NCBI GenBank assembly: GCA_002329335.1
Contig: DCTY01000014.1
Span: 14,697-78,696, forward strand
DNA: 64,000 nt
Reading direction: 5' to 3'
From: Christensenella sp. UBA1428
Lineage (GTDB): Bacteria; Bacillota; Clostridia; Christensenellales; UBA1750
Program-made: the position numbers and the translations under genes
In this document: in pieces, positions 19,958-28,982 of the stretch
Numbering within the stretch: the first letter of the stretch is position 1
Layout of the letters: every line of letters begins with the position of its first letter
The notes under the pieces: generated by a model
What the model saw: only the letters and a program-made list of their open reading frames with translations
Databases searched by the model: none
What the model was told of the DNA's origin: nothing

Positions 19958-20182
19958 CCCCGTCTCCCCCTTTTCCCGGCGCGCCGCCGGGCGCGCATCC
20001 GTTTGACCGTATCACGCCGCGGCTTAAAACGCAACCATTTTAAATACAATGCCTGTTTTAAAAACACAGCTTTTCTCAAACGCCGCCCCTTTGCCGCCTG
20101 CCAGGGCCGCAACGCCTGAAAGCCTGCTCCGACAGGCGCAGGCTTTTGAACATGAAAGAGAGGCGTTCGGCCAAAAAACGGT

Positions 20183-21406
20183 TTATCCCCGTTTTGCATA
20201 CGCGCGGGCAATGTATTCGAGCATCAGCACCGCCTGATCCATTTCCTGTGCCACGGCGTATTCCATACGGCCATGGGCGTTATGCGCGCCCGTGCCCAGA
20301 TTGGGGCACGGCAGCCCCATATAGCTTAGCCGTGCACCGTCGGTTCCGCCGCGCACGGGCACGGAATAGGGCGCTGCACCCGCCTGGCGCACCGCCTCAT
20401 AGGCCGTATCGATCAGGTGCCGGTGCGGCCCAAGCGCCTCGGCCATATTCCGATAGGACTGGGTGATCTGAACCTGTACGAGCTCTTGGCCATAGCAGCC
20501 GTTGAGATATTCCGCCGTACGCACAAGCGTTTCTTCCTTCCGGCGCAGCTTTTCAGCGTCATGATCGCGCAGGATATAGCGCAAAACGGCCTGCTCCACC
20601 TTCCCGTTCATATCGGTCAGATGGTAAAACCCTTCGTATTTTTCCGTATGGGCCGGTTTTTCCGCAGCGGGAAGCATGCTGTGAAAGCGCATCGCCACTT
20701 CCTGAGCATTGATCATCCTGTTTTTGGCCGAACCGGGGTGGAAGCTGCGCCCCGTGACCGTCACCACCGCGCTGGAGGCGTTGAAGTTTTCGTATTCCAC
20801 TTCCCCAAACGTGCCGCCATCGAGCGTATAGGCAAAGTCCGCGCCAAAGCCCGTCACGTCAAACCGGTCCGCACCCCTGCCGATTTCCTCCTCCGGCGTA
20901 AAGCCGATACGGATTTTCCCGTGCGGGATCTGAGGATTTTCAATCAAACGCTGCGCCAAAGTCAAAATCACGGCGATGCCCGCCTTATCGTCCGCGCCCA
21001 GCAGCGTCGTACCGTCGGTGACGATCAGCGTTTTGCCCACATCATCGCGCAGCTGCGGCGAATCCTTCGGGGAAAGCACAACCTGCTTTTGCGCGTTTAG
21101 CAAAATGTCGCCGCCGTCGTAATTTTCGATCACCCGCGCGCGGATGGGCGCGCTTGGCACGTCGTCCACCACGTCCATATGGGCAATATACCCCAGAACC
21201 GGCGCGCCCTGCACCGTTTCAGGGATGGTGCCATAGACATAGCCGTATTGGTCCACCCTGGCGTCGTCAATTCCCATCTGAAGCATCTCCTGTACCAGCG
21301 CGCGGGCAAAAACAAGCTGTTTTTCACTGCTGGGGCAGGATGATTTGGTTTCATCCGAGGCCGTGTCATAGGCTGTATAAGCAATCAATCTTTCATACGC
21401 TCGCAT
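20183..21406 (-). CDS. pepT: peptidase T (tripeptide aminopeptidase, M20B)
   Basis: M20 metal-ligand blocks (AHMDVV, GADDKAG, TPEEEIG, HNAHG). ATG at 21406 (MRAYERL...) has AGGA 8 nt upstream. The track start at 21535 adds an unsupported 43 aa. Confidence 0.9.
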   Translation of the reverse strand: MRAYERLIAYTAYDTASDETKSSCPSSEKQLVFARALVQEMLQMGIDDARVDQYGYVYGTIPETVQGAPVLGYIAHMDVVDDVPSAPIRARVIENYDGGDILLNAQKQVVLSPKDSPQLRDDVGKTLIVTDGTTLLGADDKAGIAVILTLAQRLIENPQIPHGKIRIGFTPEEEIGRGADRFDVTGFGADFAYTLDGGTFGEVEYENFNASSAVVTVTGRSFHPGSAKNRMINAQEVAMRFHSMLPAAEKPAHTEKYEGFYHLTDMNGKVEQAVLRYILRDHDAEKLRRKEETLVRTAEYLNGCYGQELVQVQITQSYRNMAEALGPHRHLIDTAYEAVRQAGAAPYSVPVRGGTDGARLSYMGLPCPNLGTGAHNAHGRMEYAVAQEMDQAVLMLEYIARAYAKRG

Positions 21407-21628
21407 TTTGATCATCCTTTCTGCGATTCTGGAAGGGATTACGCCGCACATCGTGCAGGCAAACGCAGCCGGTTTCCCGCGGGCCGCTGCGGCATTTTTA
21501 TATATTACCGGAACTTTGCCGTCTCCTTTTGCCATCGTGCAGGAAACCCGCCCGAACGTGCAGAACGCACATTCCGGACGCCGGCTATGACGTCCGGAAG
21601 CATTCGGTTTTGTTTCCGCACTATAAAC

Positions 21629-22393
21629 TCAGCATGGTTTTCGGGCGATCAGCAAAAACCGGTGCGTCCGCCCGACAATTTCGCCTTCTTTTTCCAAAAT
21701 CTCCTGCGCGCGATACAGCGCGTCCAGATGCGTTCTGACCGAAAAGCCCGGAAATTCCCACGGAATAACCCGGGCAAACCATACCAATGCGCCGATGTCA
21801 AAAAAGCGGATCGGCCCAAAAGCCTCCTGCGCGCGCAGGATGTCAAACCCGGCCTGTGCAAAGGCCGATTTCACTTTTTCCAGATATTGTTCCGGAAATG
21901 GCAGCGGCTGCTCTCCCATCAGCAACGTTACCAGTTCACGGTCATTTTCCGCGCCGACCTGCTGCGTCGCAAACAAGCCGCCGGGCTTCAGGACGCGAAA
22001 AATTTCCTGCGGATTAAAATCGCCGTGACGATTTACCACCAGATCAAACGACCCGTCTGAAAAAGGCAGCTGCCCGCCAGCATCGGCCTGTTTAAAATCG
22101 ATCCCCAGCGACAAAAGCTTTTCTTTGCACAGCTGTACATTGGGCAGATAATTTTCCGTCGCGGCAGTAAGCGCATACGGATGGTTCAGGGACAGCAGGA
22201 ACTCCCCACCGCCGGTATCCATGTCCAGAAGGCGCGTCTGCGGCGTTAAAAGCGTGCGGACAATCGTTTCAAATTGCCACGCAAGACGCTGCTGCTCCGT
22301 ATAGCGTCCTCTGATATGGGAAAAATCCCATCCATGGATGTGCGCAATTTCTTCTTCAGCCAACCAGCTGGCAAGCAGTTGTTCTGCGTTCAA
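21629..22393 (-). CDS. class I SAM-dependent methyltransferase
   Basis: 254 aa with SAM motif I LLDMDTGGGEF and a post-I acidic residue. TTG start with GGAGG 7 nt upstream. Confidence 0.8.
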   Translation of the reverse strand: MNAEQLLASWLAEEEIAHIHGWDFSHIRGRYTEQQRLAWQFETIVRTLLTPQTRLLDMDTGGGEFLLSLNHPYALTAATENYLPNVQLCKEKLLSLGIDFKQADAGGQLPFSDGSFDLVVNRHGDFNPQEIFRVLKPGGLFATQQVGAENDRELVTLLMGEQPLPFPEQYLEKVKSAFAQAGFDILRAQEAFGPIRFFDIGALVWFARVIPWEFPGFSVRTHLDALYRAQEILEKEGEIVGRTHRFLLIARKPC

Positions 22394-22458
22394 GGCAAGA
22401 CCTCCTCGATAAGGAAAAAACCGCGCCGGAAAAGCGGCACGGTTTATGGACGATGAAT

Positions 22459-23394
22459 TTATGCTTTGCCGTTGCAGCCGAGCACGTCGACCAGCTTATG
22501 GCGAACCATGGCGCGAATCGCGTCGCGGCCCGGGCCGAGGTACTGACGGGGGTCAAAGTGATCGGGATGCTCCACAAAGTGCTGACGGATGCTCGCCGTC
22601 ATGGCAAGGCGCAGGTCGGAGTCGATATTGATTTTGCAAACGGCCATCTTCGCCGCCTGACGCAGCATATCCTCCGGCACGCCGATCGCGTCGGGCATTT
22701 TGCCGCCGTACTGATTGATCAGCTTTACAAAATCCTGCGGCACAGAAGACGCGCCGTGCAATACGATGGGGAAGCCGGGCAAACGGCGCTCCACCTCTTC
22801 CAGAATGTCAAAGCGCAGCTGGGGCTTGGTGCCGGGCTTGAACTTATACGCGCCGTGGCTGGTGCCAATCGCGATGGCCAGAGAGTCAACGCCCGTCTTT
22901 TCAACGAACTCCTGCACCTGATCCGGATCGGTATAGCTGCCTTCGCCGGCGGCGACCTTCACCTCGTCCTCCACGCCTTCGAGCTTGCCCAATTCGCCTT
23001 CGACGACGACGCCGTGATCATGCGCATAATCAACGACCTGCTTGGTCACTTCAATATTCTTTTTAAAATCATAATGCGAGCCGTCGATCATCACAGAGGT
23101 AAAGCCGCCGTCCACACAGGATTTGCAGGTTTCAAAATCAGGGCCATGGTCCAGATGGACGCAGATGGGCAGATCGGTGTCGGCAATCGCCGCTTCGATC
23201 AGCTTCATCAAATACACGTGCTTGGCATACTTGCGCGCGCCTGCGGAAACCTGAAGGATCAGCGGTGCGTTTTCAAGCTTTGCCGCCTCGGTGATGCCCT
23301 GAACGATTTCCATATTGTTGACATTGAAAGCGCCGATCGCATAGCCGCCTTCATAGGCCTTTTTAAACATCTCGGTGCTGGTAACCAGTGCCAT
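22459..23394 (-). CDS. fba: class II fructose-1,6-bisphosphate aldolase
   Basis: MALVTSTEMFKKAYEGGYAIGAFNVNNME...HLDHG...LHGASS. ATG at 23394 has GGGAGG upstream. The track start at 23463 is unsupported. Confidence 0.95.
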   Translation of the reverse strand: MALVTSTEMFKKAYEGGYAIGAFNVNNMEIVQGITEAAKLENAPLILQVSAGARKYAKHVYLMKLIEAAIADTDLPICVHLDHGPDFETCKSCVDGGFTSVMIDGSHYDFKKNIEVTKQVVDYAHDHGVVVEGELGKLEGVEDEVKVAAGEGSYTDPDQVQEFVEKTGVDSLAIAIGTSHGAYKFKPGTKPQLRFDILEEVERRLPGFPIVLHGASSVPQDFVKLINQYGGKMPDAIGVPEDMLRQAAKMAVCKINIDSDLRLAMTASIRQHFVEHPDHFDPRQYLGPGRDAIRAMVRHKLVDVLGCNGKA

Positions 23395-23570
23395 AGTAAA
23401 AACCTCCCTAAGCAGTCTTCGTGACCACAGTATAGCACACAGACCCAAAAAATACAAGTTCAATCATCCCAAAAGCCCTGCGCCCGTGGAGCATTCGGCT
23501 TTTCCCGGCCGTATGGAAACCCGTCGAATTCTTTTACCCCGCTTTGCCGCATCCATACCGCTGTTTTTGC

Positions 23571-23599
23571 TTGACGCAAATGCGCATCATGCGTATAAT
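23571..23599 (+). promoter_or_regulatory. sigma-A-type promoter of hicAB with an embedded inverted repeat
   Basis: TTGACG, 17-nt spacer, TATAAT. The spacer contains CGCAT-c-ATGCG (23583..23593), a plausible HicB operator. Confidence 0.65.
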
Positions 23600-23621
23600 G
23601 TAATAGAGGAGGGTTGAAGGT

Positions 23622-23828
23622 ATGAGATTTCGCGAGATTGAAAAAATACTCCTGTCCGATGGCTGGCGTCTGAAAAACATCCGCGGCTCGCATTATTATT
23701 ATGTCCACCCCGTCAAGCCCGGAAAGGTGACCATCCCCAACCATCCCGGAGATCTTGATATCCGTACCGCCCAATCCATCTTCAAGCAGGCCGGACTTGA
23801 GCCGCGCAGCGCCAAGAAGGAGGTTTAA
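23622..23828 (+). CDS. hicA: type II toxin HicA (mRNA interferase)
   Basis: 68 aa: MRFREIEKILLSDGWRLKNIRGSHYYYVHP...TIPNHPGDLDIRTAQSIFKQAGL. Canonical HicA pattern including GSH. Confidence 0.9.
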   Translation: MRFREIEKILLSDGWRLKNIRGSHYYYVHPVKPGKVTIPNHPGDLDIRTAQSIFKQAGLEPRSAKKEV

Positions 23829-23832
23829 CAAA

Positions 23833-24240
23833 ATGAAATTAACATACCCCGCCTGTTTTTATCCCTGCAAAGATCTGCAAGGCGCATTTACCGTTGTCGT
23901 TCCCGATCTGCCCGGCTGCACCACGCAGGGCGATACGCTTGCCGACGCGCTTTTAATGGCGATTGACGCCGCCTCCGGCTGGGTGCTTGACGAGCTGGAA
24001 GACGGACGTCCCGTTCCGCATGCCAGCGCGATTGCCGATATTGTCCCGGAGGCCGGCGGCTTTTCCACGGTTCTTGTGCTGGACATGGACGCTTACGCCG
24101 CGCAGTACGGCAGCAAAGCCGTCCGAAAGAATTTGACGATTCCCGCATGGCTCAACACCTACGCCGAACAGAACAATATCAATTTTTCCCAGGTGCTTCA
24201 GGAAGCCCTGATTGCGAAATACCAAAAACGATTTAGCTGA
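23833..24240 (+). CDS. hicB: type II antitoxin HicB
   Basis: 135 aa with a HicB N-terminal fold signature (FTVVVPDLPGCTTQGDTLADAL) and a C-terminal RHH-like DNA-binding tail. Starts 5 nt after the hicA stop. The track ORF start at 23755 overlaps hicA and is not used. Confidence 0.88.
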   Translation: MKLTYPACFYPCKDLQGAFTVVVPDLPGCTTQGDTLADALLMAIDAASGWVLDELEDGRPVPHASAIADIVPEAGGFSTVLVLDMDAYAAQYGSKAVRKNLTIPAWLNTYAEQNNINFSQVLQEALIAKYQKRFS

Positions 24241-24248
24241 TCCCACCT

Positions 24249-24271
24249 GCCGCTGCACAGCGGCTTTTTTT
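24249..24271 (+). terminator. intrinsic terminator after hicB
   Basis: GCCGCTGCACAGCGGC followed by TTTTTTT. Confidence 0.85.
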
Positions 24272-24289
24272 GCCGTATGGGCAAAGCGC

Positions 24290-24508
24290 TCAACTGTTTT
24301 CTTCTTTTTCCGGAATGATTGTAAACAATTCATTGGGCGTACAGTCCAACAGCTGGCAAAGCAGTTCTATATTGGAAAACTGAATGCCCTTGGTCTGGTT
24401 GTGAATCATCTTCATGCAGTTTTGATAACTCATACCCATCTGCTTATAAAGCCAATATTTTGTTTTTCCATTTTTTTCAAGTATTTCCAGAATATTGAGT
24501 TTAATCAT
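24290..24508 (-). CDS. XRE/Cro-type HTH transcriptional regulator (72 aa)
   Basis: MIKLNILEILEKNGKTKYWLYKQMGMSYQNCMKMIHNQTKGIQFSNIELLCQLLDCTPNELF. Visibly AT-rich compared with its surroundings. Confidence 0.85.
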   Translation of the reverse strand: MIKLNILEILEKNGKTKYWLYKQMGMSYQNCMKMIHNQTKGIQFSNIELLCQLLDCTPNELFTIIPEKEENS

Positions 24509-24565
24509 CCATCCCTGCTCCCTTATTTAGGCGATAATTAATACTATTATTTGTTTTCGCTTTAC

Positions 24566-24603
24566 ATATAGACGTATACATTATATAATGTATACGTCTA
24601 TAT
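24566..24603. promoter_or_regulatory. perfect 38-bp palindrome (operator) overlapping a TTTACA-17-TATAAT promoter
   Basis: ATATAGACGTATACATTAT|ATAATGTATACGTCTATAT with no mismatch. Lies between the divergent XRE gene and the 24699 gene. -35 TTTACA at 24561..24566 and -10 TATAAT at 24584..24589 on the + strand. Confidence 0.85.
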
Positions 24604-24698
24604 CGGATGAAGGAGCTTTCAGCTGTCAGATCCTTTGAACAATCCACAGACATGCGGCAAACTACCCAAATCCAACGATTTCACAGGAGTGATTTTTT

Positions 24699-24968
24699 AT
24701 GTCAGACATTCTGGAACAGCTTTACCATGGAGAGATAAGCCCCTGGACGCAGCGCATACCGCCCAGCCCGTACCAGATGGCGCTGATCTGTCAGATCGAC
24801 GAACTGCGCAGGCAATTTTTATCCGGCAAAACGCCCGAGGATGCAAAGATGCTGGAAATGCTGGAAAACAAGCTGACGGAAGCGGAAGATCCGATGCTGA
24901 GCCAGGCTTTTGCCCAGGGGTTTTCGCTGGCATGCCAGCTCTTTCTCGCCGGCGCCGGGATCAGATAA
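24699..24968 (+). CDS. small hypothetical protein (89 aa), resembles DUF6809-type proteins found next to XRE regulators in Clostridia elements (from memory)
   Basis: MSDILEQLYHGEISPW...AFAQGFSLACQLF. AGGAG RBS 8 nt upstream. Divergent from the XRE gene across the palindrome. Confidence 0.7.
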   Translation: MSDILEQLYHGEISPWTQRIPPSPYQMALICQIDELRRQFLSGKTPEDAKMLEMLENKLTEAEDPMLSQAFAQGFSLACQLFLAGAGIR

Positions 24969-25058
24969 GATCAGCTGCGCATAAAACTTGACGGCGCCCG
25001 GGATAACGCCGCACCGCGCCGGTGTTCCGCAGGCCGCGCATTTTGAACCGGATTCAGG

Positions 25059-25094
25059 CAAAAAAGCGCGCATCCCAAAAACGGGATGCGCGCT
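25059..25094 (-). terminator. intrinsic terminator after the HpcH-family aldolase gene
   Basis: Minus strand reads AGCGCGCATCCCGTTTTTGGGATGCGCGCT followed by TTTTTTG. Confidence 0.85.
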
Positions 25095-25153
25095 TGACGG
25101 CAAAAAGCAGCCTGACGGCACGGTTATTGCCAACGCTCCAGGGCAAAGGACGC

Positions 25154-25936
25154 TTAGTATGCGCGGCCGGTTCTGCCCAGTTCCTTCATAAAGGTCTTGC
25201 CGGCATAGGCGATCATCGCCTGGTCGGAGCTCAGGGCAATGAGCTGGACGCCCTGATCGATCAGCCGCTGCGCATCAGCGGGCGTTGCGGCGATGGTGCC
25301 GACGGCAACGCCGGCCTTTTTGCATTTTTCGATGATGTTGTTCATCGTTTCCACCACTTTGGGATGCTTGGAGTCGCCGGTCACACCCAGCACCTGGGTC
25401 AGATCCATCGGCCCGATCCACAGGCAGTCGACATTGGGCACGGAAAGCATTTCATCAATGTTTTCAAGCGCATCGGCGGTTTCCGCATAAACGACGACCA
25501 TCAGCTCTTCATTGGCCTTTTCGGCATATTCCTTGCCGTTCATAAACGTATAGCCGCCCGCGCGGTGCGAGGGAGAAAAGCCGCGGCCTCCCTTGGGATA
25601 GTAGAACGTATTGTATACGACCTTTTCCACTTCCTCCTTGGTGCCGGTTTCGGGCACCATAATGCCCAGACCGCCCGCGTCAAGGGCCTGCAAAATTTCG
25701 CTGCGGGAAGCGTCGCGCACCCGAACGATCGGCACGATACCGGAGATATCGCACGCGCGCAGCAGATCCAGACGCGTTTCCTTGTTAAAATGCGTATGCT
25801 CACCATCGATGATGATATAATCAAAGCCGCACATCGCCATGATTTCAATGGCGCTGGCATCGGCGATTTTGGCAAAAGTACCAACGTAGCTCTTGCCTTC
25901 CTTCAGTCCCTTTTTAATCGGGTTTTCGCGAATCAT
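25154..25936 (-). CDS. HpcH/HpaI family aldolase (2-keto-3-deoxy-sugar-acid aldolase-like)
   Basis: 260 aa: GFDYIIIDGEHTHFN...VRVRD...LGIMVPE...WIGPMDL. HpcH/HpaI pattern. Confidence 0.85.
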   Translation of the reverse strand: MIRENPIKKGLKEGKSYVGTFAKIADASAIEIMAMCGFDYIIIDGEHTHFNKETRLDLLRACDISGIVPIVRVRDASRSEILQALDAGGLGIMVPETGTKEEVEKVVYNTFYYPKGGRGFSPSHRAGGYTFMNGKEYAEKANEELMVVVYAETADALENIDEMLSVPNVDCLWIGPMDLTQVLGVTGDSKHPKVVETMNNIIEKCKKAGVAVGTIAATPADAQRLIDQGVQLIALSSDQAMIAYAGKTFMKELGRTGRAY

Positions 25937-26155
25937 ACAAGCACTTCCTTTTCATTTTGTATTGTTTTTCCGGGGGCGCGTTTCCTGCGCCGCTCCCGGG
26001 CGCGCAGCATCCGCCCAGATTTTGATCCCGACGGCAAAACGACCATATCTGTTTTGCCACCGAAAAGCACAGGGGCTTTGCGCCGCGGACACTGTCGTGA
26101 AAAACAATCCATATCTGTATTATACCGCAAACGCAGGGTTTTGTCAGCAAAATAA

Positions 26156-26179
26156 ACCGGCCAAAACCGGCCGGTTTTT
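26156..26179. terminator. bidirectional hairpin terminator downstream of the esterase pair
   Basis: ACCGGCC-aaaacc-GGCCGGT flanked by an A-run on the left and TTTTTATGTTTTT on the right. Confidence 0.7.
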
Positions 26180-26242
26180 ATGTTTTTCGTTCACTTTTTA
26201 CGTTTTTGTCCCAAAAGGAGATCCAGCAAACGGTTATCGCGG

Positions 26243-27082
26243 TCAAAACCCCAGTTCCGCCAGAAACCGCGCCGCGTCCTGCATCCAGTGCTGGCCCTGG
26301 AAATTTTCCTGACCGGGGCGCAGCCCCGTGCCCATGCCGTGCCGGCCGAAGGGGTAGATATGCAGCGCGCAGACAAACCCTCTGGCGCAAAGCGCGTCGG
26401 CCAGCGCAAACGCATGCCCCACGGGCACCTTTTCGTCCTGAGCGGTATGCATGATAAACACGGGCGGCGTATCGGGCAGCAGATTCAGCCGCGCCGTCAT
26501 TTCACGGATCTGCTCCAGCGTCGCATCCGGCCCCAGCAGGTTTGGAATCCCGCGCGCGGGACGATAGGCGTAATAATCGCTGGGCGTATAGCAGGGCAGC
26601 ACGGCGTCCGGGCGGCAGCTGACGCGCTGCACCGGATCCGCCGCGGCGGGATCCCCGCCGTCGTAATGGGTCAGCAGAACCGTCGCCAGATGGCCGCCGG
26701 CGCTAAATCCGCACACCGCGATCCGCTCCGGATTCACACCCCAGGCTCTGCCGTGGAAGCGCACCATGCGCACCGCGCGCTTGACGTCCAGAAGGCAGCA
26801 GGGGTACAGATAAGGGAAATAGCGGTAATCCAGCACAAATGCGTGCAGACCCAGCTCGTTGAACCGCTGCGCAATCGGCTCGGCCTCATGCGCGACGGTC
26901 TGGCTGTAGCCGCCGCCGGAAAGCACGATCACGCATCCTGCCTCCGGCGCGTCCGGCAAAAGATAGGGAAAAAGGGCCGGCTCCCGCTGGTCGGGAATCT
27001 GCGGGTCATAAAGCGGCGTCGTTCCCCTGGGCCAAAGCGCAATGGCCGGGCCCGTAGCATTTTGAAGATCGGATAAAAGCAT
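26243..27082 (-). CDS. alpha/beta hydrolase (esterase/lipase fold-3, carbohydrate esterase-like), paralog 2
   Basis: 279 aa with nucleophile elbow GFSAGGHL, a C-terminal His region (PFGRHGMG), and an AGGAGGG RBS. Confidence 0.85.
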   Translation of the reverse strand: MLLSDLQNATGPAIALWPRGTTPLYDPQIPDQREPALFPYLLPDAPEAGCVIVLSGGGYSQTVAHEAEPIAQRFNELGLHAFVLDYRYFPYLYPCCLLDVKRAVRMVRFHGRAWGVNPERIAVCGFSAGGHLATVLLTHYDGGDPAAADPVQRVSCRPDAVLPCYTPSDYYAYRPARGIPNLLGPDATLEQIREMTARLNLLPDTPPVFIMHTAQDEKVPVGHAFALADALCARGFVCALHIYPFGRHGMGTGLRPGQENFQGQHWMQDAARFLAELGF

Positions 27083-27091
27083 AGCGCCCTC

Positions 27092-27946
27092 CTAAAAACC
27101 AAGCTCTTTGAGAAAACGGCCGGCTTCCCCGCTCCAATGGCGCGCCTGCGCCAGCGTGGGGCGGTCGTCATTGCCATAGCAAAGCCCCATCCCATGGCCG
27201 CCGAAGGGATAAACATGCACCGCGCAGCAGATGCCGCGTTCGCACAGCGCCCGTCCCAAAAGCAGCGTATTGTGGACCGGCACGCTTTGATCCTGCGCCG
27301 TATGGAACAAAAACGCCGGCGGCGTATCCTCCCGGATATTCAGGTGCGCGCTCAGCTGGGTCAAAAGCGCGGGATCGGGATGATCGCCCAAAAGGTATTC
27401 CCGGCTGCCCGCATGGGCGTATTCCTTCATGCTCATCACCGCATAGCAGGGCAGCACGGCGTCCGGGCGGCAGCTGACGCGCTGTACCGGGTCGGCACTG
27501 TCCGCATCGCCGTAATCAAAATGCGTCAGCGTGGTCGTGGCCAGATGGCCGCCGGCGCTGAACCCCAAAACGGCGATTTTGTCGGTTTTGACGCCCCAGT
27601 TTGCGCCATGGAAACGCACCATGCGCACCGCGCGCTGCACATCCAGAAGGCAGCAGGGATACAAATAGGGGTTGACGCGATAATCCAGCACAAAGGCGTG
27701 ATACCCCAGCTCGTTAAACCGCAGCGCCACCGGTTCCGCCTCGTGCGCCGCCTTGCGCACATACGCGCCGCCCGGGCAGATGATCACCGCGCCGGCCGAC
27801 TGCCCCTTGAGCAGATAGGGATACAGCGCCGGCTCGTTTTGACCGTAGGACGGCTCAAAAAGCGGCGTCTGGCCTTGTGGCCAAAGCGGGATTTTCCTGC
27901 CGGTGGCCTGTGCAAGCGTCGTATCGTCCATGATTTTTGACGCCAT
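27092..27946 (-). CDS. alpha/beta hydrolase (esterase/lipase fold-3), paralog 1
   Basis: 284 aa with GFSAGGHL. Collinear with the downstream paralog along its full length. GGGAGG RBS. Confidence 0.85.
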   Translation of the reverse strand: MASKIMDDTTLAQATGRKIPLWPQGQTPLFEPSYGQNEPALYPYLLKGQSAGAVIICPGGAYVRKAAHEAEPVALRFNELGYHAFVLDYRVNPYLYPCCLLDVQRAVRMVRFHGANWGVKTDKIAVLGFSAGGHLATTTLTHFDYGDADSADPVQRVSCRPDAVLPCYAVMSMKEYAHAGSREYLLGDHPDPALLTQLSAHLNIREDTPPAFLFHTAQDQSVPVHNTLLLGRALCERGICCAVHVYPFGGHGMGLCYGNDDRPTLAQARHWSGEAGRFLKELGF

Positions 27947-27961
27947 AAAATCGCCTCCCTT

Positions 27962-28771
27962 TTATTTTTCCGCGCTGCCCAGATACGGGATTGCGCAGCT
28001 TAGCCGTTCCAGCACCACATCCGGCACAAACGGCGTCGTTTTCAAATCCTCCTGCGTGGCCTCCCCGGTCATCACCAGCATGGAGAGCATGCCGAAGTTG
28101 AGCCCGGTGGCAATATCGGTATAGAGCCGGTCGCCCACCATGCAGGTCTGCGCCGCAGCGCTTCCCGTTTTCGCCAGCGCCGCCTCCACGATATAGCGGT
28201 TGGGCTTACCGATCACCGCATCGGGCCGCCGCCCGGTCGCCGCCTCCACATAGGCGATTATCGCGCCGATGTCCGGCTCAAAGCCGGTCTCGCTGTCCAC
28301 CGGGCAGTTAAAGTCCGGATGCGTGGCGATATAGGGCAGACCTTTGCGCACATAGTCGCACAGCACGCACATTTTGCGGTAGGTAAACGAGGTGTCGTAG
28401 CCGATGCAGACCGCCTGCGCGCCCTGCTCCACCACATGAACGCCCATGGCGCGCATTTCTTCCTTTAAAATGTCGTTGCCCAGAAGGAAAATGGGCGTCT
28501 GACCGAAATGCTCGGTCAAATAATACGCCGCCGCCTGCCCGGACGTGAGCACACGGTCGGTTTCAAGGCCCATGCGCTTTAATTTCTGCATGTAATAGCC
28601 GGCGCTTTTGGAGGAATTGTTGGTCAAAAACAGATAAGAGATGCCGCGCTGCTCCAGCGCCCGGATAAAGTCGAGCGAACCTTCCAGCAGCCGGTCGCCC
28701 AGATAAAACGTGCCGTCCATGTCCAACAAAAAGCAGCGGATGTCCCGCAGCCGTTCGGTATGATTGGTCAT
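27962..28771 (-). CDS. HAD-IIA family hydrolase (NagD-like sugar phosphatase)
   Basis: DMDGTFY motif I, LTNNSS motif II, C-terminal GDRLYTDI. ATG at 28771 has GGGAG upstream. The track start at 28885 is unsupported. Confidence 0.85.
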   Translation of the reverse strand: MTNHTERLRDIRCFLLDMDGTFYLGDRLLEGSLDFIRALEQRGISYLFLTNNSSKSAGYYMQKLKRMGLETDRVLTSGQAAAYYLTEHFGQTPIFLLGNDILKEEMRAMGVHVVEQGAQAVCIGYDTSFTYRKMCVLCDYVRKGLPYIATHPDFNCPVDSETGFEPDIGAIIAYVEAATGRRPDAVIGKPNRYIVEAALAKTGSAAAQTCMVGDRLYTDIATGLNFGMLSMLVMTGEATQEDLKTTPFVPDVVLERLSCAIPYLGSAEK

Positions 28772-28982
28772 CGTTTCGATCGCTCCCGTCCTGATAAAAT
28801 ACGCGGGCAGGCACACGGGCCGCTTTTGGCCGCCCGTTCCGGCAAACCGGTTCCTGCCGGCAGATTTTCCTGAAAAACACGGCATTATTTTACCACATCG
28901 CCCGCCGCCTTGTCAAAACGGCATTGCCGCGCAGAAACGGATGTGTTAAAGTATAAACAGCAATCCGCAAAGGGGAATGGCT

